In this document: piece by piece, positions 39,501-51,263 of the stretch
Layout: the number at the start of each line of letters is the position of its first letter
Position numbering within the stretch: position 1 is the stretch's first letter
NCBI GenBank assembly: GCA_001643675.2
Contig: LSRY02000033.1
Span: forward strand, 1,052,906 to 1,116,905
DNA: 64,000 bases
From: Monocercomonoides exilis PA203
Lineage: Eukaryota > Protista > Preaxostyla
Direction: 5' to 3'
Program-made: the position numbers and the translations under genes
Notes under the pieces: generated by a model
Databases searched by the model: none
What the model was told of the DNA's origin: nothing
What the model saw: only the letters and a program-made list of their open reading frames with translations

Positions 39501-41282
39501 AAGAAGCTGAATGAAGATCATGTGGTTTATCCAATGAAGATGAAGTCGAAGGATTTCTTGGATGAATCGGCTTGATGAATAAAGATGGTTTTATCATGCT
39601 TGCATCTACCATTTTATTCATGTATTGCTTCGCCAGATAGTTTGATGGATTTGTATTTATTGTCTCGCGTGTTGCAGCAAATGGAGGTTTTTTGTAAAGT
39701 CCAGATGAATTGCTATGCGAAGAAGGAGTCGAAGAAGAATCAAATGGAATAAATGGCTGAAATGGTTGGGCCTTTCCTCTGCCCAGCGATAAATTTTTCG
39801 GAGTTGAACGAATTTGGTGTTTTTGAGCAGTTTGTGGGATTTTTGTTTGAATTGAATTGTCTTTAAAAACATGCTGTTGATATTGATGTGAAAGATGTCC
39901 AGGAATTGAAGAAAAAGAAGGAGATGAAGAAGAAGATGATGATGAATAAGAAATAGTTGTGGTTGAAGAATATGAAGATGATGACGATGACGACGACGAC
40001 GACGAAGATGCAGATGAAATTTCAGAAATTGCAGAATTATTCGAAGAAACAGAAAAAGAAGGTGATTTTGAATGATTGAAGATATCGAAAAGCCCGGTAA
40101 TGCTTTCTTTTCTGCGAGTTTTCTTCATTTCATCTATTTTTGGTTGGATGTGTATGTTATTAAAAATTGCACGAAGTGAAGGACGATGTTGAGGTATCTA
40201 AAAAAAAGTTATAAAATATGAGTTATCACAATTCAGAAAATGTTAATCAGTGGTGAATGGGTCATAAATGCAGTGTAATTAACAAATAAATAATACAAAC
40301 AGGATGCATCATCGCTTTCACCAAGTCATTCAATTCTGAAGAATAGGATGATGGAAGAGATGGCAGTATATTGCGTTTTTGCGAAGAAATCACAGAAGCA
40401 ACAGAGTTCCCGGAAAACGGAATTGTATTTGTACATATGAAATAAATAATTGCACCTAAAGAATATATGTCAGATTCTCTACATAGCCTTTTTATTCAGA
40501 TTTCAAATTTTGAAGAGTTATTTAATTCAGATAATTTCACATTGTCACACACTCTTTGCGCTCATTAACTTCAACAGCTCTAAAAGGCAAAATGTTTCTT
40601 GAAACATTCTCCGTCCATTGCGTTTTTTGAATCCATTTTGATAAACCAAAGTCACCTTTTATAAATAACCAAATATTTATTTGGAAAATACAAAAAATAA
40701 AAATAAAAATAAAAGCTTACCGATTCGTACCACGTTTCCGGGCATTATAAAAACATTGCCAGGATGTAAATTACTATGAATAATATTGTGTTGGTGAAGG
40801 AATTCAATTGCCAAAACTAACTGTGAAAATATCTTCCAGATAAACTTTATCAATTGATAACGAAAGAATAAACAAATGAACTGATCTTTATGCAAACCTC
40901 TTCGTGAAGCGCCTTTCTGTACATTTCCATGGACATTAAATTTTTTAAGTTTGACATTTTACAGTCATCCATTAAAAGATAAACATAATCTCCTCTTGAA
41001 AAGCATTGAAGATAATTCAGCAGTCCGTCGTTTTCAATTTCTTCAAGCCTTTTCAACGTTTTTATATCTGAAACATTCAATTTTAATTGTGTTTTGTCGA
41101 GTGATTTCCATATGAAATATGACCTGGTGTAATTATTCCAGATTCTTGATGTTTCTCCAACGGTTCCTTGATGAAACGTAAATTTAATCTTAACTTAAAA
41201 TAAAGATGATAGATAATTTTGATAGCACTTCCTTAGTTCTTCAATATTTAAAACAAAACATACAATCCTCAAATCGTCTCAT
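36544..41282 (-). CDS. NEK-like pseudokinase fused to zinc finger, UIM-like helices and two tandem C14 metacaspase domains
   Basis: ATG 41282 MRRFEDF. Exons give IWKIFSQLVLAIEFLHQHNIIHSNLHPGNVF, GDFGLSK, SDIYSLG, YSSELNDLVKAMMHP|IPQHRPS, spliced in frame into ORF 36544-40128, which has FFSGHGG and ISDCCHSG. Confidence 0.8.
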
Positions 41283-41781
41283 CGATAATTAAGTTAATAA
41301 TTATATTAATTGATCTGAATCACAAAATTTCTCAACATTTTGAATATCAAACAACTTTTTATTATCATGTAAACACTTGTTCTTTCAGTTTTGTTTGAAA
41401 TTTTCAATCAAGAATTATTTTTTCTTGAAGTTTTCAAAGAATAAAAATGTGAATATCAAAATAATTAAAAATGAAAGAAACGAAAAAGAATGAAAACCAA
41501 GATCATTCAATCTCATTCTATCATCTTTAACTACAAGGATTTGCTGAAAAGAAATTTATCATTGAATTTTATAAATTTGTTAAAAAAAGTTAATTGCAAA
41601 ATGTTTTTTAAAATATTTCCCCGTTTTCTTTTCTTTCCTTCGTTGTGCTTCTATTTTAGTTTCTAATTTGTCAGAGTAGATTGTAAAAGAATATTTATTT
41701 TCATCCACAATAAATGAGCATTGTAAACATTTTTCTGTTGAACATAAATGAACAAAAAACGTTCAAACAACTTGAACTGTG

Positions 41782-42196
41782 CAATTTTGGGAAAGATTGC
41801 ACATATGCGGACCCTTTTGATCACAGATCCATAATAATATTTTTAGGGAATAAATGAATTATTTTTCTGACTTTTGTAATTGTTTTAGGGTTAGGGTTAT
41901 CATAAAAATCTTCTTTAAAAAGTTGTTTTAGGTTGTAGGGTTGTGTCTCGAATCTTCTTTTTAGGGTTTTGATGAGAAAAGTGAGTTTTTTAATAGACCA
42001 AATTTTTAGTGTTAGGGATATAGATAAAAGAGTATGTGAAAATAGAACCCTTTGGGGTGCATAAATAGTACAACAGGGTAGGGTGTTGGAATAGGACGAG
42101 AAGGGTGCGGGTTCGATTCCTTCCGCATTCTTCTTTTTTTTGCAAAAATTTTCAAAAATTATGAGGTCCGCATAAGTGCATTCTTGCCCAATTTTG
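41782..42196. mobile_element. Degenerate MITE-like element with ~32 bp imperfect TIRs (possibly Tc1/mariner-derived)
   Basis: CAATTTTGGGAAAGATTGCACATATGCGGACC vs GGTCCGCATAAGTGCATTCTTGCCCAATTTTG. The right end is followed by TA; the left is preceded by TG. Confidence 0.55.
42054..42131 (+). pseudogene. tRNA-like relic with Pol III B-box
   Basis: GGGTGC..GCATTC ends pair, GGTTCGATTCC T-loop and T-run follow. D and anticodon arms do not fold canonically. Confidence 0.4.
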
Positions 42197-43739
42197 TAAG
42201 AATAGTTTGCAAAAACGTTGGAGAATTCTTAAAAAACCCTCTTCCAGAGAAATTTCCTTCGATCAAGAACAATTCAGCAGTAGCAGCTTCTGTGTTTCCG
42301 GTCAAAGCTAATTTATATCGCAGGAAACTCGACACTTCTGGTGGGTGCCCAGTGTAAATTGTAGTACAGCTTCAAATTTCTTTTCCAAGTTGATCAAAAT
42401 TTAAGTTGCAATCCAATATGAACGATTGAAATTGTTTTTCGTTTTTGATTGTTTAAAAAGCACAATTAAGTTGTTCTGAGCAATAACATTCATGAAATTT
42501 CAAGAGAATTTTGGTAGTTATCGGCCTGTGTGTCATTATATGTCAAAAATTAAAAAAATTCAATATTTTTCAGAATAGGTTAATAACAATCTCCAAAAAA
42601 TCATGAAAAAATAAGTATACATTAAATATTCAAAATACGTATTTTCATTGTTCAACTGTGAAATTTTTGCATCATGCGAACACTCCTGAACAAAAGAATT
42701 CTCACGCTGTTGTAGCTAAATGTCATGGATTTTTGTTGTTGATTAATTATGAAACATGACCCAGATATTCCAGATTGAAGTTTGAGGAGGAAAAAAAGTG
42801 TCTATTCTTCAAACAAAATTGTTTAATAATGAATGCAAAGGAAAAGTAATAATAAAATCGCTCAAACTGGTTATATGCAATGTAGTTGTAAATAACATGC
42901 ATAGGACTACTCAAATATTCAACAAATTAGCTAAACGTTATCATCTCATTTACAAAGCTGTTGTTTTCAACTAATCATGTGATCTATTATGTATCATGAT
43001 CAAATTTTTCATCAAAATGAATTCTTGATAAAAACATTTCATTTTCACAAGTAATACTCTTTACAAAAAGTGGAAGATGACATTTTATAGATTTTAGACC
43101 ATATATGATTTGTTGAATAGAAAATTCTCATTTTAATTTGAACTTGAAATATGTACAATAATTTTTGCCTGGCTATTGAAAAGATAAATGAGAATATTGG
43201 TAAAGGGGTCATGCCTGAGAAGGACGGATTAGACGAATCCATGTTATCAGAGGGCTGTGCGTCTCAGAGTGTTTTGTTTGCACGATTTACTGAGGCTTAA
43301 CTCTGAATATTGTCCGATATTTTTAAATGACTAAGTAGGAAACGAAAAAAAAGTCCGTTAATCTTCTCACAAGTAAATGTTTTAAAATTCATAGATATTC
43401 TCTTTTCAGCTTGAAAACGTATGAATGATTGAATATAAAAACATTGAAAAAAAACATTAACGACGGATGATTGGAAAGCCTTAATAATACCATGGATGAA
43501 GTACTACCCCCCAAATAAATTGTTTTTTTTTTTGGGAAAGGAAAAAATAAATGGGAATTTGAGGGAATCCAATGTGGGAAAAAGTGAAAGGGTTTTTTTT
43601 TTGAATTACGATGTGGTCATCCATTGTGGTTTAAATGATGATAACTTTGAGTAATTTTTTTTTTTTTTGTATCTTGACTTATGATTTTTATAGTGAATAA
43701 AAATCGGAAAAAATAGGTCAAAAATGACAGAAAATGAAA

Positions 43740-44880
43740 AAAGTTTCTAACCCTCCCCTTTAGGAGATAAAAGAAACTACTTCAAAGAGTTCAATGAAAT
43801 GACATAAATCAAATGGATCTTCATTTTTGGTTGATGTTCATTGAAAACTTTAAAGTATTTTTTGAGTCAAATTTTTAACCCCAAAAAAGTCAATTTTTTG
43901 ACTTCAAGAAAAAAAGTTTCTGACTTCTGAAAAAAATTAGAAAGGGGAAAAAAATAAAGGAATAAGGAAGAAACAGGCACGTGGGGTGGGGGCCGCGCGA
44001 CAAACGCGGCAAAAGGGCGGGGAGCGAAAGCGACCGAGCTTTTGCCGTGTGGAGCGTCGGCCATTGGGTGGGACTCTTACCCATCAGAAAAGGCCATTAT
44101 TTTCTTTAAAAATAACACCCCCTGCGTATCACTTTTATGATATACAAATTTGAGGGTTTTCAAATTTTTGTTGAAAAAATTTGCCGCTCCCTCCCAAAAA
44201 TTATTAATGAAGATAATTTATTTCTTTTTTATAAACTTTATGTGATTTTCTTCTTTTTTTTCGCGAGATGGATGAAAATCTGCGCGCAGGATTGATGTGC
44301 GCAGATTTTCATCCAGCGAGCGCTACCGGAGCAGTAGCGCGAGTGATGTGACCCTGACCTCGCGGTTAGCGAGAAAATTTTGAAAAATAAGGAAAAAAAG
44401 GGGTCATTTTCAATGGAGAAAATCGATATTTTTGTGTTTAAATGTGAAAAAAAATCAAATAATTTCTGAAAAAAAGTAATATGAAGAGATATCTCTTACG
44501 TATATTTTGATATAGTTTTTATTTAAATCTTATGAGTATATGTGGAGTTATGATCATATTTTATTTTTTTCAATTTTGTTATTTTTTAATAAAATTTTTA
44601 TAAATTTTTAGAAATTGATGAAAATTGGATAGAAGATATATGATATGATAATATTAATTTAGATGATATTATTGTGAGAATATTGATAGTTGTGGTTGAA
44701 TAATAATGAAAAAATAACATTCTGAAATATTAACAAAAATAAGATACTTTTTTGTTTGCTCAGAACCAACCATCAATATCAGTATTCTTATATATTATTA
44801 TCATCTATATTTTATCTATTATGTTATATAAGAAAACCAATTGAATTCAACTATTCTTTAAAATGTTATAATTTTTTTAA
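43740..44880 (+). ncRNA. Candidate structured RNA region (series of hairpins with G-U pairs) in the rDNA-upstream spacer
   Basis: Stems ACGCGGCAAAAG/CTTTTGCCGTGT with a GC-GAAA-GC tetraloop, 20-bp TGGATGAAAATCTGCGCGCA/TGTGCGCAGATTTTCATCCA, and a long AT-rich imperfect hairpin ~44590-44880. Confidence 0.35.
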
Positions 44881-46779
44881 TTTTTTTCATTTTTTAAAAT
44901 ATTTTTTTATCTCAACAACTGACTTTTTCTTTCTATAGAAAAAATTCAACAATAATGATATTATGATATTGTATATAATATATTTTTTTGATGTTAGTCT
45001 GTCCATCAATTTTTGAGATAAAAAAATAATTTCAATTTTTTGTTAAAAACAATAAGAAAATTATTTTTTTTGTTTTTATTTATTTTCAATACATCTCAAT
45101 TTTATTGTCAAATAAATAGCAATCATATAATATCTCTCTATTATTTTTATTTTTAAAGTTGAACATCATTTCATTTTTTTTATAATTTTTTTACCAAAAT
45201 TTTCAATCTTTATTAATATTTTTCTTTTTATTCCATGGACAGATATATTTGAAAAAAATATTCTGTATAGGTTATGAGGGGTGGGGAATGTGTTGGTGTA
45301 TAGTGAGATTGATTACAAACTGTTTTTGAAAAGTCGAATTCTTAACATAGAAAAATGGTTTTGATCAAGATCAAACTTTTTTTCAAAAAATGATATTTAA
45401 TAAAGAAGTAGGAATTAGTGGTTGATGAAAAGTTACGTATAAGGGTAATATTATGAGAGGAATTGATTGGTGTAAAAATCAGAAATTAATTGATTCAAAT
45501 TGTGGAATGATATGTTAAATAAAAAAATTTCAGTCAAAATTTTCTTAATTATTTTTAAAATATCTCGATAAATAAATTTTTCTAAGTCGTGAGACTTTAC
45601 AGAAGTGTTAGTTGGACCATTTGTGAATTTTTGAAGTCAGGGTCAAAAATTCGAAAAATGTGAAATTTTCATTTTTTCAGATTAAGTTGAATTTAGCTCA
45701 AGTTAATCAGAAAAATTGCAAAATTGGTGAAAATCGGTTTTTATGAAAGTTGTGATCGAAACTTATGAAAACACAAAAAGTTCGGATAATTCGTGAATAG
45801 TCCGCTGAATTTTTTTCTCGGGCCAGATTGGTCTGGTTAGTGAGAAAATGTGATATGAAGATTTTGACTGAAAAAGTGGTGATCTTAGATCAACGACCGA
45901 AAAACATGAGGTCTCAGATTCCTTTGATAATTGGCAGATGGCAAGGACGTGAGCCCCTTATAAACATACTCGAATCTAAAATTTTTCTACCGAGCGGTTG
46001 TGGCAGGGCAGTACGGACAAGTTGTTCATTTTGACTGAAAAATCGAAAATAATTTTTTTTCTCGAAAATTTCAAAGTGAATATAAAATATGATTAAACAC
46101 ATGAATATGCGTTGTAATGTTGTATATTGGTGATTTTTGGTTGGATATGCTTATTTGTAGTTTCTGAGTTATAATCGAAGTTTTGAGTGGAAATGGTCAT
46201 TTTGGAGGTAAATCGAGTATAACTCCAGAAGTTGTGGCCAGATAAATTTGATATTAATATATGATATATGCACATATAGTGCGGTAATAGCATGTATATG
46301 GGTGTTGGTGGCGGGGGTCTGGCAGGCTGTCCAGAAAAGAAATAAAAATCTCAAAGGTGACTGGGGGTGCCTGGTTGGTGAAGTCACAGAGAACGAACCA
46401 GGGGCAAGTACCTGAATCGAAACACATATGACCGGCACAGTAACCCATGCCCGGATGTGGCCAAACGGGGTTTCGATCGGCCCAGTGGTTGCTGAGAAAT
46501 CCGAGCAGCTAGTTGTTTTGAGTTCAGTCATGAAAATTTACATAGAAAAGTGAGTGGGGGGTATTGACTTTGGAGAGCTGTGGAGTGTGAAGGGAGGGCA
46601 AGTGACCAGAGTCAGAGGGATATGTTGGGGTATGTTAGTGGATGTGGGATGTGGTGTAATTGCTAAGAGATTGGTCCAGCAAATATTTCTCCACACATCA
46701 GTTAGTATAATTTTTCTATGAAAATTGAATTTTTTCTATGATAATTTTTCTATGTGATTATGGCTGCCCGACCTCGAAG

Positions 46780-49400
46780 TGCCATCTTTTTCGAAAAACT
46801 CACAGACTCAATTTGAGTTTGACTGAAAAAGGAGTTGAGTGGAGGATATCTGTGGAAGGGCTGATGGGCCTGGCTGGCAAAGGCCACAGGGCAAGTGGCG
46901 AGTGAGGCGGGCTGTATGCTGGGCCTATGGCTGGGCAGGCCCTGTGGCTTGGCCTGGCTCTATTCCACATATACTGTATTTCCCCAGTCAGAAGAAGTGA
47001 GTGAGGGTGGTGTGTTGGAAGGGTCGTGGAGCTTTGCTGGTGAGAGCCAGAGCTCCAGAAACAAAAGTGACAGTGTGCGCACAGACTGTGGCTGCACGCT
47101 GGGCAGGGTGCTGCTGGGCGCCTCTGGATCCTTCTGGCTGGGTGGGTCAGACACTCACTTTTTTCACTGGGAAAACAGACTGGAAAACCATCTTCATTGG
47201 GGTGTATCTTTTTATCGGTCATAACTTACAGCTTGGCTGATGTGGGCAGAGCGAGCGTGTGGGCAGTGGCTACAAGGCTGGATGGTGGGAGTCTGGCTGG
47301 GCTGGCTGGCTGGGCTGTGGTGTGAGAAAAAGTGGGTGAAAAATGACTGGGCCAGCCATTGAGGTACCCCCTCTCTTTCAACGAACCTATCTCCTCAGGT
47401 GTTGGAGGGAGAGCTCCAGAAACAAAAGTGACGGTGTAGCGGGGGACCAGGACTGTGCAGTGGGCGGGGTCTGGTTTGTGGGCTGTGGGCCGGGCCGGCT
47501 GGGTGGGCTGTGCACTGGGTTTTGTTCAGTCACTTTCATTGAAAAAACCTCAAATATGGTTAAAGACCCCGGGTGCCCAGACCCGAAAATCCATCTTTTT
47601 CGAAAAACTCATAGACTCAATTATACTACACTGAGGTTTCCTCGATTTTTGTGACTTTTGATACTAGAAATGCACTACGAAAATGGGGTGTCTGAAAAAC
47701 CTGCTTTGATACTAAAAAATGGGAAAATTACACTACGCCGAGGTTTTTGTGTCGTAGTGTTATAAGGATGAATTTGATACTAGATATTTGAGCTTCTAGG
47801 AAAAGTGACCCAATTACACTACACTTCGAAAACCTCGGCGTAGTGTATTTCGAGGTTTTTGATACTAGAAAATTTTGTCTATGTAATTTCTCTATGAAAA
47901 ATACACTGTGGACCCCACATGTTCACAGACTCATAGCGCCTCAGGGGCAAGTCAGCGAAACTTCTCGTTGCCATAGAGGGTCTCGCTGCACACTCGCTCT
48001 GCACAATGGTCGCAACCTGGTATCCATCCTATGTGATGCCCTGAAGTTACACACCAAATACTCATATCTTTCCTATCAAAAACCCTTTCTCAATGATATT
48101 TTATGCTATGGACCCTGTATATTCCATGAGTCATAGGGAATTACCTTTAAGAGCTGGAAAGTTCTAGATGCCATAGGGCAAGTGGCTATGCTCTTCGAGT
48201 ATCCAATGGTAGTAATATCTTTGCCCTCGGTCCATATGCCTTTTCACTATACTCAATATACTGACATTCATATATGATTTTTTCACTTTTTTGATAGGGG
48301 ACCCCTTATGTTCCCGCTCTCATATCTTTTAATCGGTCATAACTTACAGACATGCCAATGATGGTGTGGGGTGGGCATGTCCTGCGGGTACAATGTGGCA
48401 CACATTCGGCTGGTGGGCTGTGGCTCGGCCAAGGGCAGTGCCAGAAAAAGTGAGTATTTTCCATTGACTTTTCCAGTGACTTGGACCCCCCTCATTGGCT
48501 GGCCTGTAGCGAATCACACAGGAATCTGGGAAAGTTCTCGATGCCATAGGGAAACTCGCTCCACACTTGCTCTATCCATTGGTGCTATCGCCATTGACAC
48601 TGCTCAACTTCCCTTATATCTATGGTCGATATACTAGTATCCTTCCTATGAAAAACTCCTTTTCAATGAAATTTTATACAAGGACCCTCTTATGTTTGTT
48701 GGTTCATAGCTCCACAGGGATAAGAGCTGGAAAGTTATAAATGTTATAGAGGGTCTAGCTGCACACTGTGCCTAGCCAATGGCAGTATTCCCATCTGGCT
48801 CCTATGTCATCCCTTGCCACCACACTCAATATACTACTATCTTTCCTATCAAAAATACACTGACAAAATATTGATTGGTACCCTTTATGTACCAACCCTT
48901 GTACAACCTCAGGCTTGAGAGTGCGAGACTCGAAAATGTTATAGAGGGTCTAGCTATTCTCTCCCTCTATCCAATGGTAGTGGTAGGATAACAACCTCTC
49001 TATTGGCCTTGGAGCCATAGGCAAAATACATGAACTTTTCATAGAAAAAGTGACTGACCTCCCCTGCGTTCCCACTTTCATATCTTTTTATTGGTCATAA
49101 CTTACAGGCTAGCTGATATCACTGCAATGTGCCTACACACTGTGCCCACAATATGGCACACATCCAGTGTCTATGCCCTGCCTGTGTATTCCACTACAGC
49201 CATTATACTAACTTTTCATAGGGAAAGTTGACTCAGACCCCCTTATGTTCCAGCCCTTGTAGCTTGCCAGGCTTAAGAGCTGGAAGGCTGGAACAAAAAA
49301 CCAGATGAAAGGCAGTGAGGGCATACACAAGGTGGTGTGGTAGTGGCAAGGCTTTGGTGTGTCCCCATCCCAAGAAACACTATGGAAGGATACTAAAAAT
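46780..49400 (+). repeat. Degenerate ~180-200 bp tandem repeat array (rDNA intergenic spacer repeats)
   Basis: Anchor GACCC..ATGTT at ~47911, 48111, 48300, 48484, 48683, 48878, 49056, 49236. GGTCATAACTTACAG at ~47217, 48335, 49093. GAGCTCCAGAAACAAAAGTGAC at ~47050 and 47411. Confidence 0.8.
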
Positions 49401-49727
49401 TTTAACCTTGTTTGAACCTAGTATCATTTTTGGGCATTTTCACTACGCCGAGGTTTTCGCGGCGTAGTGTATTTGGGGCACTTTTGATACTAGCCGACAT
49501 TTTCTAGTATCACAATACTCTTTATTACACTACGCCGAGGTTTTGGTGGCGTAGTGTAATTTTGAGATTTTTTAGTATCAAAGCAGGTTTTTCGATGACC
49601 TCGTTTTTGTAGTGTAATTGTAGTATGAAAAACGGAAAAAAACGCGAAAACCTGGGCGTAGTGTAATTGAGTGTATGAGTTTTTTGGAAAAGATGGTGTT
49701 TGTTGTGCGGGCTGTCGGGGATTTTTA
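47561..49727. repeat. Pair of ~310 bp inverted arms (47561-47868 / 49418-49727) built from CACTACGCCGAGGTTTT and TTTGATACTA motifs
   Basis: AAAAACCTGCTTTGATACTAAAAAAT (~47695) vs ATTTTTTAGTATCAAAGCAGGTTTTT (~49567). CCATCTTTTTCGAAAAACTCATA vs TATGAGTTTTTTGGAAAAGATGG. Confidence 0.85.
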
Positions 49728-51263
49728 CGGAAGTATACTTAGGGGGACACCCCCCGAAAAAATTTTTTTTCTGACTTCATTTTTTTTCGACAAAAGTTGT
49801 CTGGTGAGGATAGTCTGAGCCAGGGCTTATGTGATATGGGGCTAGTATAGAAGTGTGACTTGTATATGAAACTCCATAGGGAAAAAAGTGGATTTTGAAT
49901 GAAAAATTTATGTAGGGGGCTGTCTATTAGACTGAGGGATTGTGTAATAGTGGTCTATTGTATATATATGTATATAGTATTATGTCATATGTATAGCAAA
50001 TAGGTGAGTAGGCTTGTATGTTAAGGAAGATAGTATATGGTATTTGAATGGGAATAATATGTATATGTCTCTTTGAATGAAATACCTTGCATGATTATAC
50101 AGAAACTCACTGAGTGTGAAGTATAAATGAAGGTGGTTCAAAAAGGGTGGGTTTGTTGGGTCTGATAAGAATGAAAAGCAACATGTGATTGTATATAAGG
50201 GCTAAGCAATACATGTTTTATGAAAACATCTTCTGGTAGCAATGGCTGATCAGATGGGTCGAATAATAAAGTGAGTTGTTTGAATCTTTGAGTCTGATAT
50301 GAAAGTGTCAGATGAAGAGATTTGGATGACTCTAATAAAATCGATGTGTCTGAGAAGTTGTTGTGAGAGAGTGCTATGCTAGTAGTGAATGTGTGTTGTG
50401 AGGCAGTATAGTATATGGTTATGTGGGGTGAAGTAGTTTGAGTTGGAACATAATGAATCCATCTTGGAGAACTGTCTGATTTTAGAAAAGCAATAATGTG
50501 GGGATGTGTGTGAAAGTGTTGGGGTGTTTTGTACTTGGAAATACATGTATGTTGACTTGTTTGAATATTGTAGAAAAGAGTACTTCATGAAGTCGAGACC
50601 TTGTCTATATGTATGGTGTGGTCGATATGTATATGTGTATATCATTGATTGAGTTCAGATGGATTGTTATTGCACAATGGAGTTTGGTTGGCTAATATGT
50701 GGGGGTTGGGTTTGACTATCGAGAGATAGAATGTGACAATGATGAAATCAAAATGAACAAATGTTTTATTGTTTGTTTGTTTGAAGACATAAATGTCATG
50801 TTTCTATTTGTTGAAAGTATTTGAACTGTTACAATTATTTGCCACTTTTTTTACAAGGTGAAAATATAATTGTAAGTTGCGAATGAAAAATCATATTGTA
50901 ATGATCTATCAGAGCTTTTTTATATTATCTGTTTTGATGATGAGAAAAGTGTTTTGATATTGAGATTACATTGTGATAATACAAATATTAATGATTATGA
51001 TTGGATGACTTAATAACTATAAAATCAGTTATTAAGTTGATCTGAAAGAAAATAATGTGTTAATATTTGAGAAGGGAAAATATTGTGTCTATTCTTAAAA
51101 TATCATCAACATGTTTGTGAATGGTGATGTTTTAATAATTATGACTAAAATACTATATTATGTTGTCTTTAACAAAACAATATGATATATATTATTTTAT
51201 ATTAGAAAAAAGCATAAGTTGAATGAACAATTTGACAGATGTTTTTTTTTCTATATATAAATG

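Noticed and set aside
1-41282. TAA/TAG=Gln alternative code as in some oxymonads
   Set aside because: Multi-kb Gln-rich ORFs have no in-frame TAR, and several genes end at TAA.
45828-48637. Short ORFs in the spacer repeats
   Set aside because: No recognisable domains; they arise from GC-richer tandem repeats.
47620-49665. CRISPR-like reading of the palindromic CACTACG..CGTAGTG repeats
   Set aside because: Mixed orientations, irregular spacing, non-unique spacers, no cas genes, eukaryotic context.
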